64,000 bases of DNA. Source: Octopus bimaculoides (lineage: Eukaryota). How positions within the stretch are numbered: the first letter of the stretch is position 1; the number at the start of each line of letters is the position of its first letter. The position numbers were made by a program, and so were the translations under genes. The notes under the pieces were generated by a model. It searched no databases. It had not been told where the DNA came from and saw nothing but the letters and a program-made list of their open reading frames with translations. Shown here piece by piece: positions 25,012 to 39,000 of the stretch. The stretch is taken from contig NC_068984.1 of the NCBI RefSeq assembly GCF_001194135.2, positions 51,795,327 through 51,859,326 of the forward strand. The letters are read 5' to 3'.

Positions 25012-28000
25012 AGAGAGAGAGAGAGAGAGAGAGTATTCCTCTGGATACATCATAATCAATTTTAGTAGGGTAATTTTTCAGCTAAAGGACTCAACAGATA
25101 TATCTGTACATATGCGTACCAAATGACTTCACATGCATACTCATAGCAATGCAATTTTATTGAATTTAAGTAATATTATTCTTTGTTTCTTTCTCTTTCA
25201 GCACAAGAAGAGATTGTTTGTAAAGGTAAGTTAAATGTATATTTATTACTATATTATTGTTCATGAACTTGTGTCATTCTTTTCTCTCTCTCTCTCTCTT
25301 CCCTCCCCACCTCTTCTTATTTTGCATCAACTGAAAGGTGGTGAGCTAACAGAATAGTTAGCATGCCAAACAAAATATTGAGTGCTATTTCAGCCATCCT
25401 TACCTTCTGAATTCAGATTCTGCCAAGGTCAATTTTGCCTTTCATTCTTTTGAGCTCAATAAAATAAGTATCAGTTGATCACTGGGGGTGGGGTGTCAGT
25501 GTAATCAATTAACCTCTTTTCCGACCAAAATTTCACTATAGTAGAAGGGGGTTATTATGCATCAATTCAATGAAATTAAATGAAAGAAGCCCATAACATA
25601 TCATCTATTATATTCATGAACAATATATACCTCAAACCAAGATCTTGTAATAAATGTTAGGCCTAACAATTTTTGCCAACCACCCCAGGATGACTCTACA
25701 CATTTCTTTATACAGAGACACATTCTTTGTACACAATTTTACGTTTCCAGAGTATAATTCATTCCATAGGCACCAGCGTGGTTGTGTAGTAAGAAGCTTG
25801 CTTCCCAACCATATGGTTCTGAGTTCAATCCCACTGTGTGGCACCTTGGACAAGTGTCTTCTACTATATCACCAGGTTTGGATAATTCGACCTGAAGAAA
25901 ATTCTAACTGTAAAGTCATGCACTGTTTATTTTGATATGAGGTCACCATGCTGTGCGCATCTGGTTGTGATGCATGTGCCTGGTGTACCCTTATCAGATG
26001 GGTAATCACAATGGGTATACTGAGCTTCGTATATTTTGCCCCAGTGTCACTTTGATGGTATGCACACTGCTCTCTCACTCAATAATAATATTAATAATGA
26101 TTTATTTCATTTGCTACCAGGGTGAAGCATGAGAGGGGCAATGCAAAAAACAAAGTATGGGGATTTACATATAATAAATTGATATAAAAAAAAAGAGAAA
26201 AACATAATACGTGGTATACAGTAGAAGAAAGGAAGTATACATAGTATATAACAGTAAAAAAAGATATACAGGAGGACTTCTCAGGATAATTGAGGAACCC
26301 CACTATCCAAGATCTCCCTGAATACCGAGGACAAGTGCTCTCCGACTCACAGGTCTACACTTAGAGCAGTACCATCCCCTCTTACCATTTTTGCAACTTT
26401 CACCCACCTTGAAATAAATTCACTCAAGGACAGCACCTCCCTCTCCACTCTCATTTTCCTTTTCAAGTGAAACTTGAAAAAGTCAATGAGGGCTCTACTA
26501 AAGAGGAATATCTCTGTCCTCATTCCTTTCAGCTTTGTCCACCAGACACAATTTCTTTTGCCACAGCCACCAGGCAAAGGAAAACTACCTTGCCTGCCTG
26601 ACTTGACTGACAGACAGATCTGTCCCACATGTGACAGCAGCTGTTCAGTATAATTCCACAAGTCAGCAATGCCTGGACACTGAATAAGTGTATGTAGAAT
26701 AGTTTTGTTGCTTTGTGCACACCTTAAACAAGCCTGTCTGAGAGCACATCTATGCCTGTAGAGTTTATCCTGAACAGGCAGTGGCCCCCACTAGTTGCAC
26801 TGCCAGGCCAAAGACATCTGGAAATTATCCATGGTAATCCTTAACTAGAAAGTCCTCCAGAACAGACTAGCCAGTTCGTTTTTGGCAATGCCCACACTTT
26901 CTCTCATGATGTTGTTGCACTTCCAGATCTATAATGTTCTATATATTGCTAAATAGGAACACCTACCAATCTTATTGCTTGACTAGTAGAGAACTGTGAA
27001 TGCTTGACGACATTCTAGGTGCCAGTCATCAGGCACCCAGTTTCAGTTTATCCTTCACCCAGGACTGCAGCTCTGTCAAAGAGACAGACTGCAGAAAGTT
27101 GTGACTCACAAACAGAGTCATACACGTTTACTGTCTAGAAATTGTTGCAGGTGACATGGCCTAAGTGCATGTCTGTTCCTCAGAAGCCAAGGCTTGCCTC
27201 AGCTGCCATGCAGAGGGTGGTGACAGCAGACTGACCAGCTGACCTTTGGAGCACATGCCTTCCACAAAAAAATAAGTGATGCTTCAACCTGATTGAGCAG
27301 TAACTGGGGTAAGGCACAATGCTCAAGCGATAAATCATGATGGAGGTGATGTAGGCATACACCACATCTGCTGACCTTTCTGAGACAGTTTCCTCTCTGC
27401 CTATTTCTGGGTAAGACTGATCACCTTATTCCTCACCTCATCCCAGTTCTTATCCACCTGGAGGTTGGGACCAAACCAAATCCTGAGTAGTTTAATTGGT
27501 CCATCAGTCCAGCATCTGATGATGCCACCCAATGGCATTAACCTGCCTCTCCATGTGCCCAGTTGCAAGCCCACCGACTTCTTGATGTTCATTTTGGCTC
27601 CTTCAGCTGACTCATATTCTTTTAGAATGGAGCTGACCATCTCCACTTTGGAGGCATCTGACACCATGATAGTGACATCCACATACACTAACACTGCCCT
27701 CCCATGTCCCACTTCAAAAAGAATGTCCCTCAGCTGTTTCCACTTCTGCAGCAGTGGCTTGAGAACCAACATGTACAGAAGAGGTGACAGCAGGCAGCCC
27801 TGATGGACCGAGTATGCAATGTGAAATGGTTCTGATTGGTGGCTGTTTACTTTGACCACTGAGCAGGTGCTGCTGTACATTGCAGCGATCCAACTTCTGA
27901 AAATGGGTCCAAAACTGGACTCTTTTAGGATGGCTTGCAAGTACTGATGGCCAACTCTATCAGATGCTTTTGACTGATCCAAATTGATCAGGGCCTCATT

Positions 28001-29144
28001 GAAGCCAGCTTCAGTCTCAGCCCTCCCTGTGATGTATTGCATAGTGTGGCAGTTGTCATAGATAGACCTGTTCAGAAGTGCACATGTCCGTGTCTCCCTG
28101 ACCAGACTACCAATGACAAGCACAAGCTTTTTTGCTAACACATTGGCCAAAATGTTAAACTCTGTGTTTAGAAAAGACTTATGAACTGAAAATTCCCTAG
28201 CATGTTCCCATTGTTGGTGTCCTTTCTCAGCAGTATTACCACATCCTGGCTAACAGCACTAGGAATTCTCCTGTGTTGCTTCCAGTTATGACAGATATCT
28301 GTCAAGTGGCTGCCAAATAAATTTGGCATAAAGACATAAAATTCATAGAGTAGACCATCCAAACTAGGTGATTTGTGACTTGTGCAATCACTCATCACCT
28401 CCCATATTTCAGTGGCAGTTATCAGCTTTTCACAGAACCTTGTGTCCACTGCTGAAAGCCATGGCAGGCTGTCCACATACAAATTACAGTCTGATCGTGC
28501 TGTTGACCTATTGCCCTCTCCAAACAGCTGTGCAAAGTGCTGCTGGAAAGCTGCATACATCTGCTTGGAACTGAATAGCATGCACCTATGCTGATCCATC
28601 AAAGACCTGATTGTGGTTGGTTTCATTGCCATGTCGCATCTCCACTGTTTGGGCCCATCAGATGGCTTCAGATCTTTCATGTTTTAGCACATGGGTCTTA
28701 ACTCTGACAATGCAGCCTTTGTGTTTCATCTCAAAGAAATGATGAAGGGCCATTCTCACCATTGGCCATTCTCAGTTACAATGCTATTACTAATTGCCCC
28801 TTCTAGTTTGTTAACTAGTTCTCTCTCTAATCTATTTCTTTCTATTGCTAACTCTTTGCTAAGCACTATTCTTCTCTAATCCCCCTCTTCAAAGTTATCC
28901 ACCACCAGTTGTTGATGATTGCCCCCATCAACTACTGTCTAACTAGTTCACTAATCCAGTTCCTGTAATCTTTACATGTCAGAAAGGACATGTTCAACTC
29001 CCAATAAGCAGGTCCCTGTCTACAGGTCCTATCTAAATCAACTGTGCAGATCACAAATTTGTGGTCTGTGTAGCCAACCAATTTAAATTGTGGGAAACCT
29101 ATGCTATCCCTATCCACATACCTCACAAGTTCTCAGTATGACAC

Positions 29145-29190
<46 letters not shown>

Positions 29191-29362
29191 CCTTTCTTCT
29201 ATAGGCACAAGGTCTGAAATTTTTGGGGAGGAGACTAGTTGGTTACATCGGCCCTAGTGTTTCACTGGTCCTGAATTTATCAACCCTGAAAGGATAAAAG
29301 ATAAAGTTGACCTCAGTGGAATAATAATAATAATAGTAATAATAATAATAATAATAATAATG

Positions 29363-29414
<52 letters not shown>

Positions 29415-30013
29415 TAATAATAATAATAATAATGAACTCTACCACTGAAGACGATGTATGAGTGTTCAGCTTTTGCTGAACGACCTGCACAAATGATTTG
29501 TTTATAATGATCAAATGTGTGTGCTGTACATTAGCTCACTCTCTCCATCAAATCAACGTTGCCTGAACACGTCTGACATCGAAATGATTGCAGAGCATCA
29601 TAAAATGAAGTATTTTGCTCAACACAATGTGCTGCTTGGTCCGGGAATGAAACCCATGATCTAGCGATCGTGAATGCAACACCCAAACCACTAGGCCACT
29701 TATTATCATAATAATAATAATGATAAAAAATACAATCCCTTAAAATTTGAAATAGGAAGAATATGGAGCATGAGAACAGTAAAGGTCATGCTTATAAGTA
29801 ATTGGTGTGTTGGGAACAGTAAGTAAATGACTGAAGGAGAGTGGAATAGATCTCCTACAGAAAGTTTGTCTCTTAGGGACAGCAAGGATTATCAGGAGGG
29901 TTCTAAGCACCTGAAACACTGCTGAAAACTTGTGGATACCTAATGTTACAGGTAGTAACCCACTACCCACATACACCCTGCAAGGAATAAGACTGAGCCT
30001 GAACCAAACCAAA

Positions 30014-30066
<53 letters not shown>

Positions 30067-33000
30067 TGTTTCTAAAATGGACACATGGTCTGAAATCTGG
30101 ATTAGTCAATTAAATCAATGCTGGTACTTGACTGGTATTTATTTTATTGACTCTGGAAGGATGAAAAGCAAAGCAAAATTAAATTCAACAGGATTTGAAC
30201 TCATGTAGAAATGAAAAGCCAAGTTGGGCCCAGTTCTAACTCAGGATGTACAAGGAGCAAGACCTTTACTTTCACCCTCTTGCTTTTCTCCTACCTCCAT
30301 CATTTTCAATTTAAAGAAGTGGTAACAGATTTCGAAGATTCAGAATATTTCTTTGCCTTTATCCTTTGTAAAATGTTTCTTATTTTAAATAACCCATTTA
30401 TATTCTTTCCAGAACATTTTTCTTCACTTTCCTGCCAAATAGAGTTTGCGCAGTCTAAAAAATGCTTTGTTCAGGTTTGTATAAATTACAACCATACACA
30501 CTTTGAAAAATCACCTGTGCTTCTGAATGACAAAAACCTGACAGAGTTTATTAAATTCTCAGTTATAAACGACTTAAAATCAAGTAAGACTTTTTAAAGT
30601 AATATTAATGAAATTTTAATCATTTGTTGTGTGTATTTGTATGTGTGTGTGTTTCTTTCAGGCATCATCATCATCATCATCATCATCATTAAGCATCCGT
30701 TTTCCATGCTGGCATGGGTAGGATGATTTCACTGGCACTGGTAAGCCAGAGAGCTGCACCAGGCTTCAGTTTGTTTTGGCTTGGTTTCTCTAGTTGGATG
30801 CTCTTCCTAACACCAACCACTCCACAGAGCATACTGGGTGTTTTTTTACATGTCACCAGCATGGGTGCCTTTTATGTGTCACCAACACTGACCACGACTA
30901 TGATTTCACTTGGCTTGACATGTCTCCTCAAGCACGGCAAATCACCAAAGGTCTCGATCACTTGTCATCGCCTCTGTGAGACTCAAGATCTAACAATCGT
31001 GCTTCACCACCTTGTCCCACATCTTCCTGCGTGTTGCCAGTTAAAAAAATAAGTAAGACTGATGCATTGTATGGTGCAGTATTTATATTTTGACAATTAT
31101 TTGAATGTTTCATCCTATGGTTCATTGACCAGATTTGACCATGTTCCTGTTTAACGTCTACTTTTCTACACTTGCATGGATTGGACAGATTTTATTGGGA
31201 AAGATTTTCTACAGCTGGATACCCTTCTTGTCATGAACCCTCATTTGTTTCTAAGAAAGATAATATTTCACTTTGGCCAAACATGTTTTTGCAGAATATT
31301 GGAAATGAATGACACTGCTTGTGTGACAGTAGTACTCATATACAAATACCATATGGTATTAAGACAAAGAAATAGGCGCAGGAGTGGCTGTGTGGTAAGT
31401 AGCTTGCTTACCAACCACATGGTTCTGGGTTCAGTCCCACTGCGTGGCACCTTGGGCAAGTGTCTTCTACTATAGCCCTGGGCCGACCAAATCCTTGTGA
31501 GTGGATTTGGTAGACGGAAACTGAAAGAAGCCCATCGTATATATGTATATGTATATATATATGTATGTGTGTGTATATGTTTGTGTGTCTGTGTTTGTCC
31601 CCCCAACTTCACTTGACAACCGATGCTGGTGTGTTTACGTCCCCGTAACTTAGTGGTTCGGCAAAAAGTGACCAATAGAATAAGTACTAGGCTTCCAAAG
31701 AGTAAGTCCTGGGGTCGGTTTGCTCGACTAAAGGTGGTGCTCCAGCATGGCCACAGTCAAATGACTGAAACAAGTAAAAGAGTAATTGCATACACGCACA
31801 CACATTTAAGGTGAACGTTAAACCATGATGAGGATGTGATATGTATATGTGGTAAAAAGCTTGCTTCCCAACCACATGGTTCTGGATTCAGTCTCACTGC
31901 ATGACACTTTGGGTAAGGTGTTTTCTACTAAAGTCTCGGGCCAACCAATGCCTTGTGACTGGATTTGGTTGAAGGAAGCTGAAAGAAACCTGACAGATAT
32001 ACCTATATGTATATATTTATGTGTGTGTGTGGGTCTTTGTTTCTATGTTTGTCTCCAACCACCACTTGACACAACTGGTGTTGGTTTGTTTACATTCCCT
32101 GTATCCTACCAATTTGGCAAAAGAGAGCAATAGAATAAGTACTAGGCTTTTAAAAAAAAAAGGGGTTGATTTTCTTTGATTAAAACCCTACAAATGACTG
32201 AAACGAGTAAAAGATAAAAGATTAAAAGTATACATACATGCATGCATGCATACATACATACATACATACATACATGCATGCATGCATGCATACATACATA
32301 CATACATGCATACCTCCACCATACCTGTTAAAATTTAGTGATGATTACTGTGACTTTGGAGTTCTCTAATGACTCCTTTCCTTAGCAAAGCTGGTGCTTC
32401 TTAGTACCCTAATTATATACATTCTTGAAAAAAGACAAGGTAGAAAATGCTAAAATACTTTTATAAAAAACATTTCAGTACCGGTTTCAATCCTTGAGAT
32501 CTTTTCAACTGTAAATAAGGATAACAAATTTTGGAAAAAATAAATTTTGGCAAATTTAAATGAAAAATCTTTTTAAAAACATATTTGTATAGTATTCAAA
32601 TAACAGGGGCATTTTCTTTGTTTCTGTCTGTCTCTGTTTCTCTTGTTAACTCTTGTGGGTTCGATATATNNNNNNNNNNNNNNNNNNNNNNNNNNNNNNN
32701 NNNNNNNNNNNNNNNNNNNNNNNNNNNNNNNNNNNNNNNNNNNNNNNNNNNNNNNNNNNNNNNNNNNNNNNNNNNNNNNNNNNNNNNNNNNNNNNNNNNN
32801 NNNNNNNNNNNNNNNNNNNNNNNNNNNNNNNNNNNNNNNNNNNNNNNNNNNNNNNNNNNNNNNNNNNNNNNNNNNNNNNNNNNNNNNNNNNNNNNNNNNN
32901 NNNNNNNNNNNNNNNNNNNNNNNNNNNNNNNNNNNNNNNNNNNNNNNNNNNNNNNNNNNNNNNNNNNNNNNNNNNNNNNNNNNNNNNNNNNNNNNNNNNN

Positions 33001-36000
33001 NNNNNNNNNNNNNNNNNNNNNNNNNNNNNNNNNNNNNNNNNNNNNNNNNNNNNNNNNNNNNNNNNNNNNNNNNNNNNNNNNNNNNNNNNNNNNNNNNNNN
33101 NNNNNNNNNNNNNNNNNNNNNNNNNNNNNNNNNNNNNNNNNNNNNNNNNNNNNNNNNNNNNNNNNNNNNNNNNNNNNNNNNNNNNNNNNNNNNNNNNNNN
33201 NNNNNNNNNNNNNNNNNNNNNNNNNNNNNNNNNNNNNNNNNNNNNNNNNNNNNNNNNNNNNNNNNNNNNNNNNNNNNNNNNNNNNNNNNNNNNNNNNNNN
33301 NNNNNNNNNNNNNNNNNNNNNNNNNNNNNNNNNNNNNNNNNNNNNNNNNNNNNNNNNNNNNNNNNNNNNNNNNNNNNNNNNNNNNNNNNNNNNNNNNNNN
33401 NNNNNNNNNNNNNNNNNNNNNNNNNNNNNNNNNNNNNNNNNNNNNNNNNNNNNNNNNNNNNNNNNNNNNNNNNNNNNNNNNNNNNNNNNNNNNNNNNNNN
33501 NNNNNNNNNNNNNNNNNNNNNNNNNNNNNNNAATATGCTGAACCCAACGACTTGAAGACAGTGTATCCCGTTGAATTCATTAACTTAATTCATAGCTAAA
33601 GTGACAAAAGAAACAAAAAACACACAAAGTACAGGTGTTTATGACAAACCATGTTATTTTGACAACCGGGTTTACCAATAAAAGTACAAAGTACATAAGG
33701 AATTAGAGAATGAACAAAAGTTTAATCTTACAGCTGTTTCGGCCTAGCTTTGGCATGCCCCATTCTATCCGAGTAGTTCCTGCCGGAGTGATTAGTGGAT
33801 GAAATGCTGAAATGGGGGTACATGCACGATTCGCTAGGCTTCTTCAGAGATTCACAAAGAATTTCATACAAATATAGAGTAAGAGGTAGAAACAAAGGTG
33901 AAATAGAAACAAGAACAAAAACAAAAACAAAAATAAAAATAAAAATAAAAATAAGGGTACAGCAAGAAAAAAAAAATAAATAAATGAAAAATGAAAATAT
34001 AACATAGAAAATATAAAAATATATAAAAACATAAAAATATAAAGCACATAAAAAGCCTACAAACAGTACATGAGGTCATACAAATAGCTATAGACACTCC
34101 AATACATATATATGAGTCCGTGTGCATAACCATACTCAGATATCCCCTCACTCACATGTATACATATACAAGTATATATACACAGGCATTCTAATACGTA
34201 CTCGGTTCCCGGTATCAACGCTATCTACCGTGTTTTGAAAGTTGTATGTGTTTTTTAAAAAAAAATTTTTGCTGAGTGTGTGCATGTCAGTTCTATATAT
34301 TTTGGATGGGTTTATGTGGAGGTTGATTTTACACGAGTTATTAATGTTAACATTAATAAGGTTCCATGTAGTGGGACTGAACCCGGAACCATGTGGTTGG
34401 CAAGCAAGCTTCTTACCACACAGCCATGCCTGCACCTATGATTGTTTGTAAAAATATTTGAATTGAATTCAAATGTGATATAGTCTTATATAAAGCAACA
34501 TAAAATGAGTGTATGCTTTAATTTTTTTCTTTTTTTCAGTTAGGTCAATTTTTTTCGAAAGTTTTTATACAAAATTTAACTTACAACTGTAATTTGCAAA
34601 AGGTGAAGTAAATTCTTTAACAAAAGGCTAATATTATTTTCCAGGAAAACAACATTGTTTTGTGACTTGTTGCTTAAAAGAAAATGTCACAACGGAAAAT
34701 CTTTGTTTTGGCAATAAATGCCAGTATAAACGTATTTACATCTTAAGTCGCCAAGGTTTCCATTTGAATTCAGCCTCTGACAATGTTTGTCTGTCTGGAA
34801 ATCAGATAGCTATAAAAAAGGTGAGTGAAACCCCCTCTTTTTTTTTCTTTTACAATAAATGTATTTCAGTAAAAAAAATTGAAAAGTAAGAATTCCCTCA
34901 AACATTTTATAAAGAAAGCAAACAAAACAAGATGAAATAATTCCTTTAGGAGTGTAGATCTCATAGTTGTCATCTATGAGTTCTTCCCATTGCAATCCTC
35001 AAAGAAAAACTATGGCCTGTCATAGAGCACTCAATTGTTTTTGTTCATAATGTTGTTATGTTGGCACATTGACTGTATTGCGTTAAGTACTGAAAATAAA
35101 TTAGTTCTTTTCATCTGCACTTGTAATTAGCATTAATCCTGATTCATGTGCAAAAGTAGACTGAGTGCACAACTCTTTTCCTTGCTGAATATTTCTTACT
35201 CTCAAACACTGCATCTGTGTTGTACGAGGTGGTATCAAAAAGTTCCCAGTCTAATTCTGTAGCATGCTAACAGATGGCAGCGCACAGTTGTATTTGCTGT
35301 GAGAGCTAGCAGTGACCTTCATGAGGCAGTGTACCATGTGACATTACTGTGTTTACTTCACAGGTTGTAAAATATGTGTTTTTGTGATCATGTGTATGCT
35401 GTAGTCAGCGATTTTGTCATGGACAGAAATAAAGAGCCAACATGAAATTTTACGTTACACTTGGGAAGTCTTGTACAGAGTCATTGAGCATGCTTCTGCA
35501 AGCTTATAGCAATGAGGCAATGGGTCGTATGCAATGTTTCGAGTAGCACAAGTGCTTCAAAACCATAACATCCCCAGAAAACTGTGAGTAATATGGAAGA
35601 CCTGCCACAGGCATCACTCCTGGAAATGTGGTATTGTGCATCAAGAATTCATCGGCATCACTCCTGGAAATGTGGTATTGTGCATCAAGAATTCATCCTC
35701 CATTAATTGAGAGTTCTACTGCAATGTTTTAAAACATTTGCTGGAGGACATTTGGCGAAAGCGACTAAATCTGTGGAGTGTGAAGAAATGAATTCTTCAT
35801 TGAGCTCTCTTTACTTGTGAGTTTCTTGCCAAAAACAACATGGTACCACTTCCACACCTGCACTTTTCACCAGATTTAGAACCTGTGGACTTCTATCTCT
35901 TCCCCCAAGATGAAAATGCAGCTCAAAGGTCACTGTTTTAACGCAGCTGTCAACAGCCAGAGCAAATCGCAGAATGTCCTCGACTAAGTTATGGAAAACG

Positions 36001-39000
36001 ATTTCCAAAAATGGCAGGAATGCTGGGACCGGTGTAGACTGGATGCGTTTTACATGGCACCAGATTACTGTGCAAGGTGACTATTTTGAAGGAGATGATG
36101 TCAAAACTTAGGTAAATAAGTTATTTTTTATTAGATATCACTTGTCTGGGAACCTTTGATACCACCTCATACCTGCAATCTTGATATTGCAAGCTAAAGA
36201 AAGAGTTTACTTGGAAGCATGACAATGTTCAGTGTTTCCAATGTCTAAGTTTACCAATATGTAAATATATTCTGGTATCATCAGTCTAACTTTCAGCTAA
36301 CTTCTTGAGTAATTGTTGTCTGTTTATCATCATCATTTAAACGTTTGTTTTTCATGTTGGTATGGGTTGGACGGTTTTGGCAGGAGCTGGCCATCTGTCC
36401 AGACCCCAATTGTCTGTTTTGGCATGATTCTTATGGCTGGATATCCTTCCTAATGCCAACCACCTTATAAAGTGTGCTGGGTGTTTTTTAAATGTCACCA
36501 GCACGGGTGCATTTATGCAGCATTGGTACAAGTGCATTCTACATGGCATTGGCATAAGTGCATTCTACATGGCACTGACACTTGTAAAGAACATTCCTGT
36601 ACGTATGGATGACCACAATTTTACTTAGCTTGACATCTTCTCAAATACAGCAAATTGCCACAACTCCCAGTCCCTTGTCATTTCCTCAGTGGGGCCAGTA
36701 TTCAAAGATCTTTTCTCACCACTTCATCTCACATCTTCCTGGGTGTACCCCTTTCACAGGTTCCTTCCACAATTAGAGTTTGGCACTTCTTTAAGTGGCT
36801 GTCCTCATCCATACACATCACATGACCAAACCAGTGCAATCTTCTCTCTTGCACACAACATCTGAGGCCTCTTATACCCAATTTTCCTCTTAAATCATTG
36901 ACACTCTGTTGTGTGTGCACACTGACATTACCCGTTCAGTGGAGCATGCTAGCTTCATTTCTTTCAAGCCTGTTATTTGACATTTATTGGCTTGACTCAA
37001 CTTTGTTGTTAATGAAGAGTTACTTTTACATTAATTGTTCCTGACTGAGGAGGCTGACACTTCTCACTTGCCATGTCTTTGTTCAGTTTCAGGCAAAAGA
37101 ACCTTTTTAACCTTTATGGTTAGGGAAGACAGTGGGTAAATTAATAAATGTTATTCCATTCAATATGACAGTGCTTATAATAATGACAATAACCTATTGG
37201 ATTCACAATACAACAACTATATTTAAAATGAAACATGTTAAAATTATACATGTTTGCTAAGGTCACATTTATATGATGAATAGAAAATGATTTAGTTTAG
37301 TTGAAGGTAGAAAACTTCTAATTTATATTGTATTGTTTATTTGTATTCAGTAATTCCAAAGTTCTTGACAAAGATATCAGTTATTGAAGTGTATTTGTTA
37401 CACATAAATTTCCTTAACATCAGAAAAAATTGCTGCAGGATTTAGATACAGCTGGCTTCATGGAACTAAATAATGTCTTATCTAATTACAAACTGAATGC
37501 TAGGTTTTAAAATTGATCTTATGATCCAACAGATTATTATCATTTTTGTGAGCACTGTTATATTGGTTCAAATAAATTCTGTTAATTTACTCAATGTCTT
37601 CCTTAACCACAAAGGTTTCAAACAGTTCTGCCTGAAATTAAAAAAGTCATTGCAAATAAGAAGTGTTAGCGTTCTCTCTTAAAAACAATTTGGCCTCAGA
37701 ATTATTTATATGAGGTTAAGTGTCACATCTGGGTAAGTGAACAGAGTATTGAGCTACCTACTGGCCAAAAAGCTGATGGTGAAATTATTCTGACTTTGGT
37801 GCTGTTTTGTGTCCATGACAAAATCATTAATGTTCTATGACTCAGTCATATGACAATCAAATAGGTTCTTGAAGAAGTAAATATCACTTTTGCAAGCAGT
37901 TGAAACAATAAGTAACTGATGAATGTTTTCTTAGCTTATAGATCTTTGTCTTGCAAGTTACTTGGCAACCTTGCTGGTGCTGGTGCCATGTAAAAAGCAT
38001 CCAGTCTACACTGTAAAGTGGTTAGCATTTGGAAGGGCATCCAGCTGCAAAAAGCACTCTGTCTACTCTGTAAGGTGGTTGGTGTTAGGAAGGGCGTCCA
38101 ACCATAAAAACTATGCCAAAACAGTGAAACCTGGTGCAGTTTTCTGCCTAGCCAGCTCCTATCAAACCATCCAACCCATGCCAGTATGGATAACGGATGT
38201 TAAATGATGATGAATGATGATGATAGTGTTGTGTATGTAAATGCATGTAGCATACTGATTAAGGTATTGCACTCATGATTGCAAGATTGTGGTTTCAATT
38301 CCAAGACAGGGTAGTGTGTTGTGTTCTTGAGCAAAACACTTCCTCTCATGCTGCTCTATGATAACTTTGACATTTCATGTGTGACACATCATGCACCTGT
38401 ACAGGCAATGTTGATTTGATGGAAGTAGTGAGTTCATGTACAATACAAACGTTTAACAGTGATTGGTAAAATGAAAAAAATGAACAAAACAAGTAGAGAA
38501 TAAGTCAGAAAATAATTCTTTTTTTTTGTGTAGGCCTTAAAGAAGAAGCAATTAGACAAGGAATTAATGATTGTAGGCTTACGGGATAAAGTATACTATG
38601 ATAAAGAGATATCCATTAAAGAAAATCGACAAGTATGTCAAGAAGAATGGCAAATCCTAGGTAAGATTATAACTTTTTAATGTGGTTGTTTAACTTGCAA
38701 GAAATAGCACCCAAAGCTCCCTTAGCTCTTTGGCATTCAAAGAGCTAATGTAATGCTTATTTATTTACATTACTTTGAATTAATCATGCATTGTCTTGTA
38801 GCTTTGAGATTTTGATGATGTAATCGTTTAATTTTAGAAACACATTGTAGGGTAGGTGTGAAAGGCACAATATGGCTGGTTTGAACAGAGAACAGATAAA
38901 ATATTTGGGATAGATATGGCCGGTTTAAATGCTAAATGGTTAGATCATATACTAGTGTCTTAAAATAGAAAAGACACATTTGACACAATGCCTGCAATGA

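Noticed and set aside
29254-29514. ORFs with poly-Ile, HT, YI, CV or poly-X runs throughout the ORF track
   Set aside because: Translations of microsatellites or N-gaps, not genes.
31374-31450. tRNA-like sequences at SINE heads
   Set aside because: A/B-box similarity only; no complete cloverleaf, and each continues into a SINE body. No true tRNA, rRNA or CRISPR array was seen in the window.
37700-37732. 33-nt phase 0-0 candidate exon (NYLYEVKCHIW)
   Set aside because: Strong donor but poor acceptor; frame-neutral, so it cannot be supported from sequence alone.
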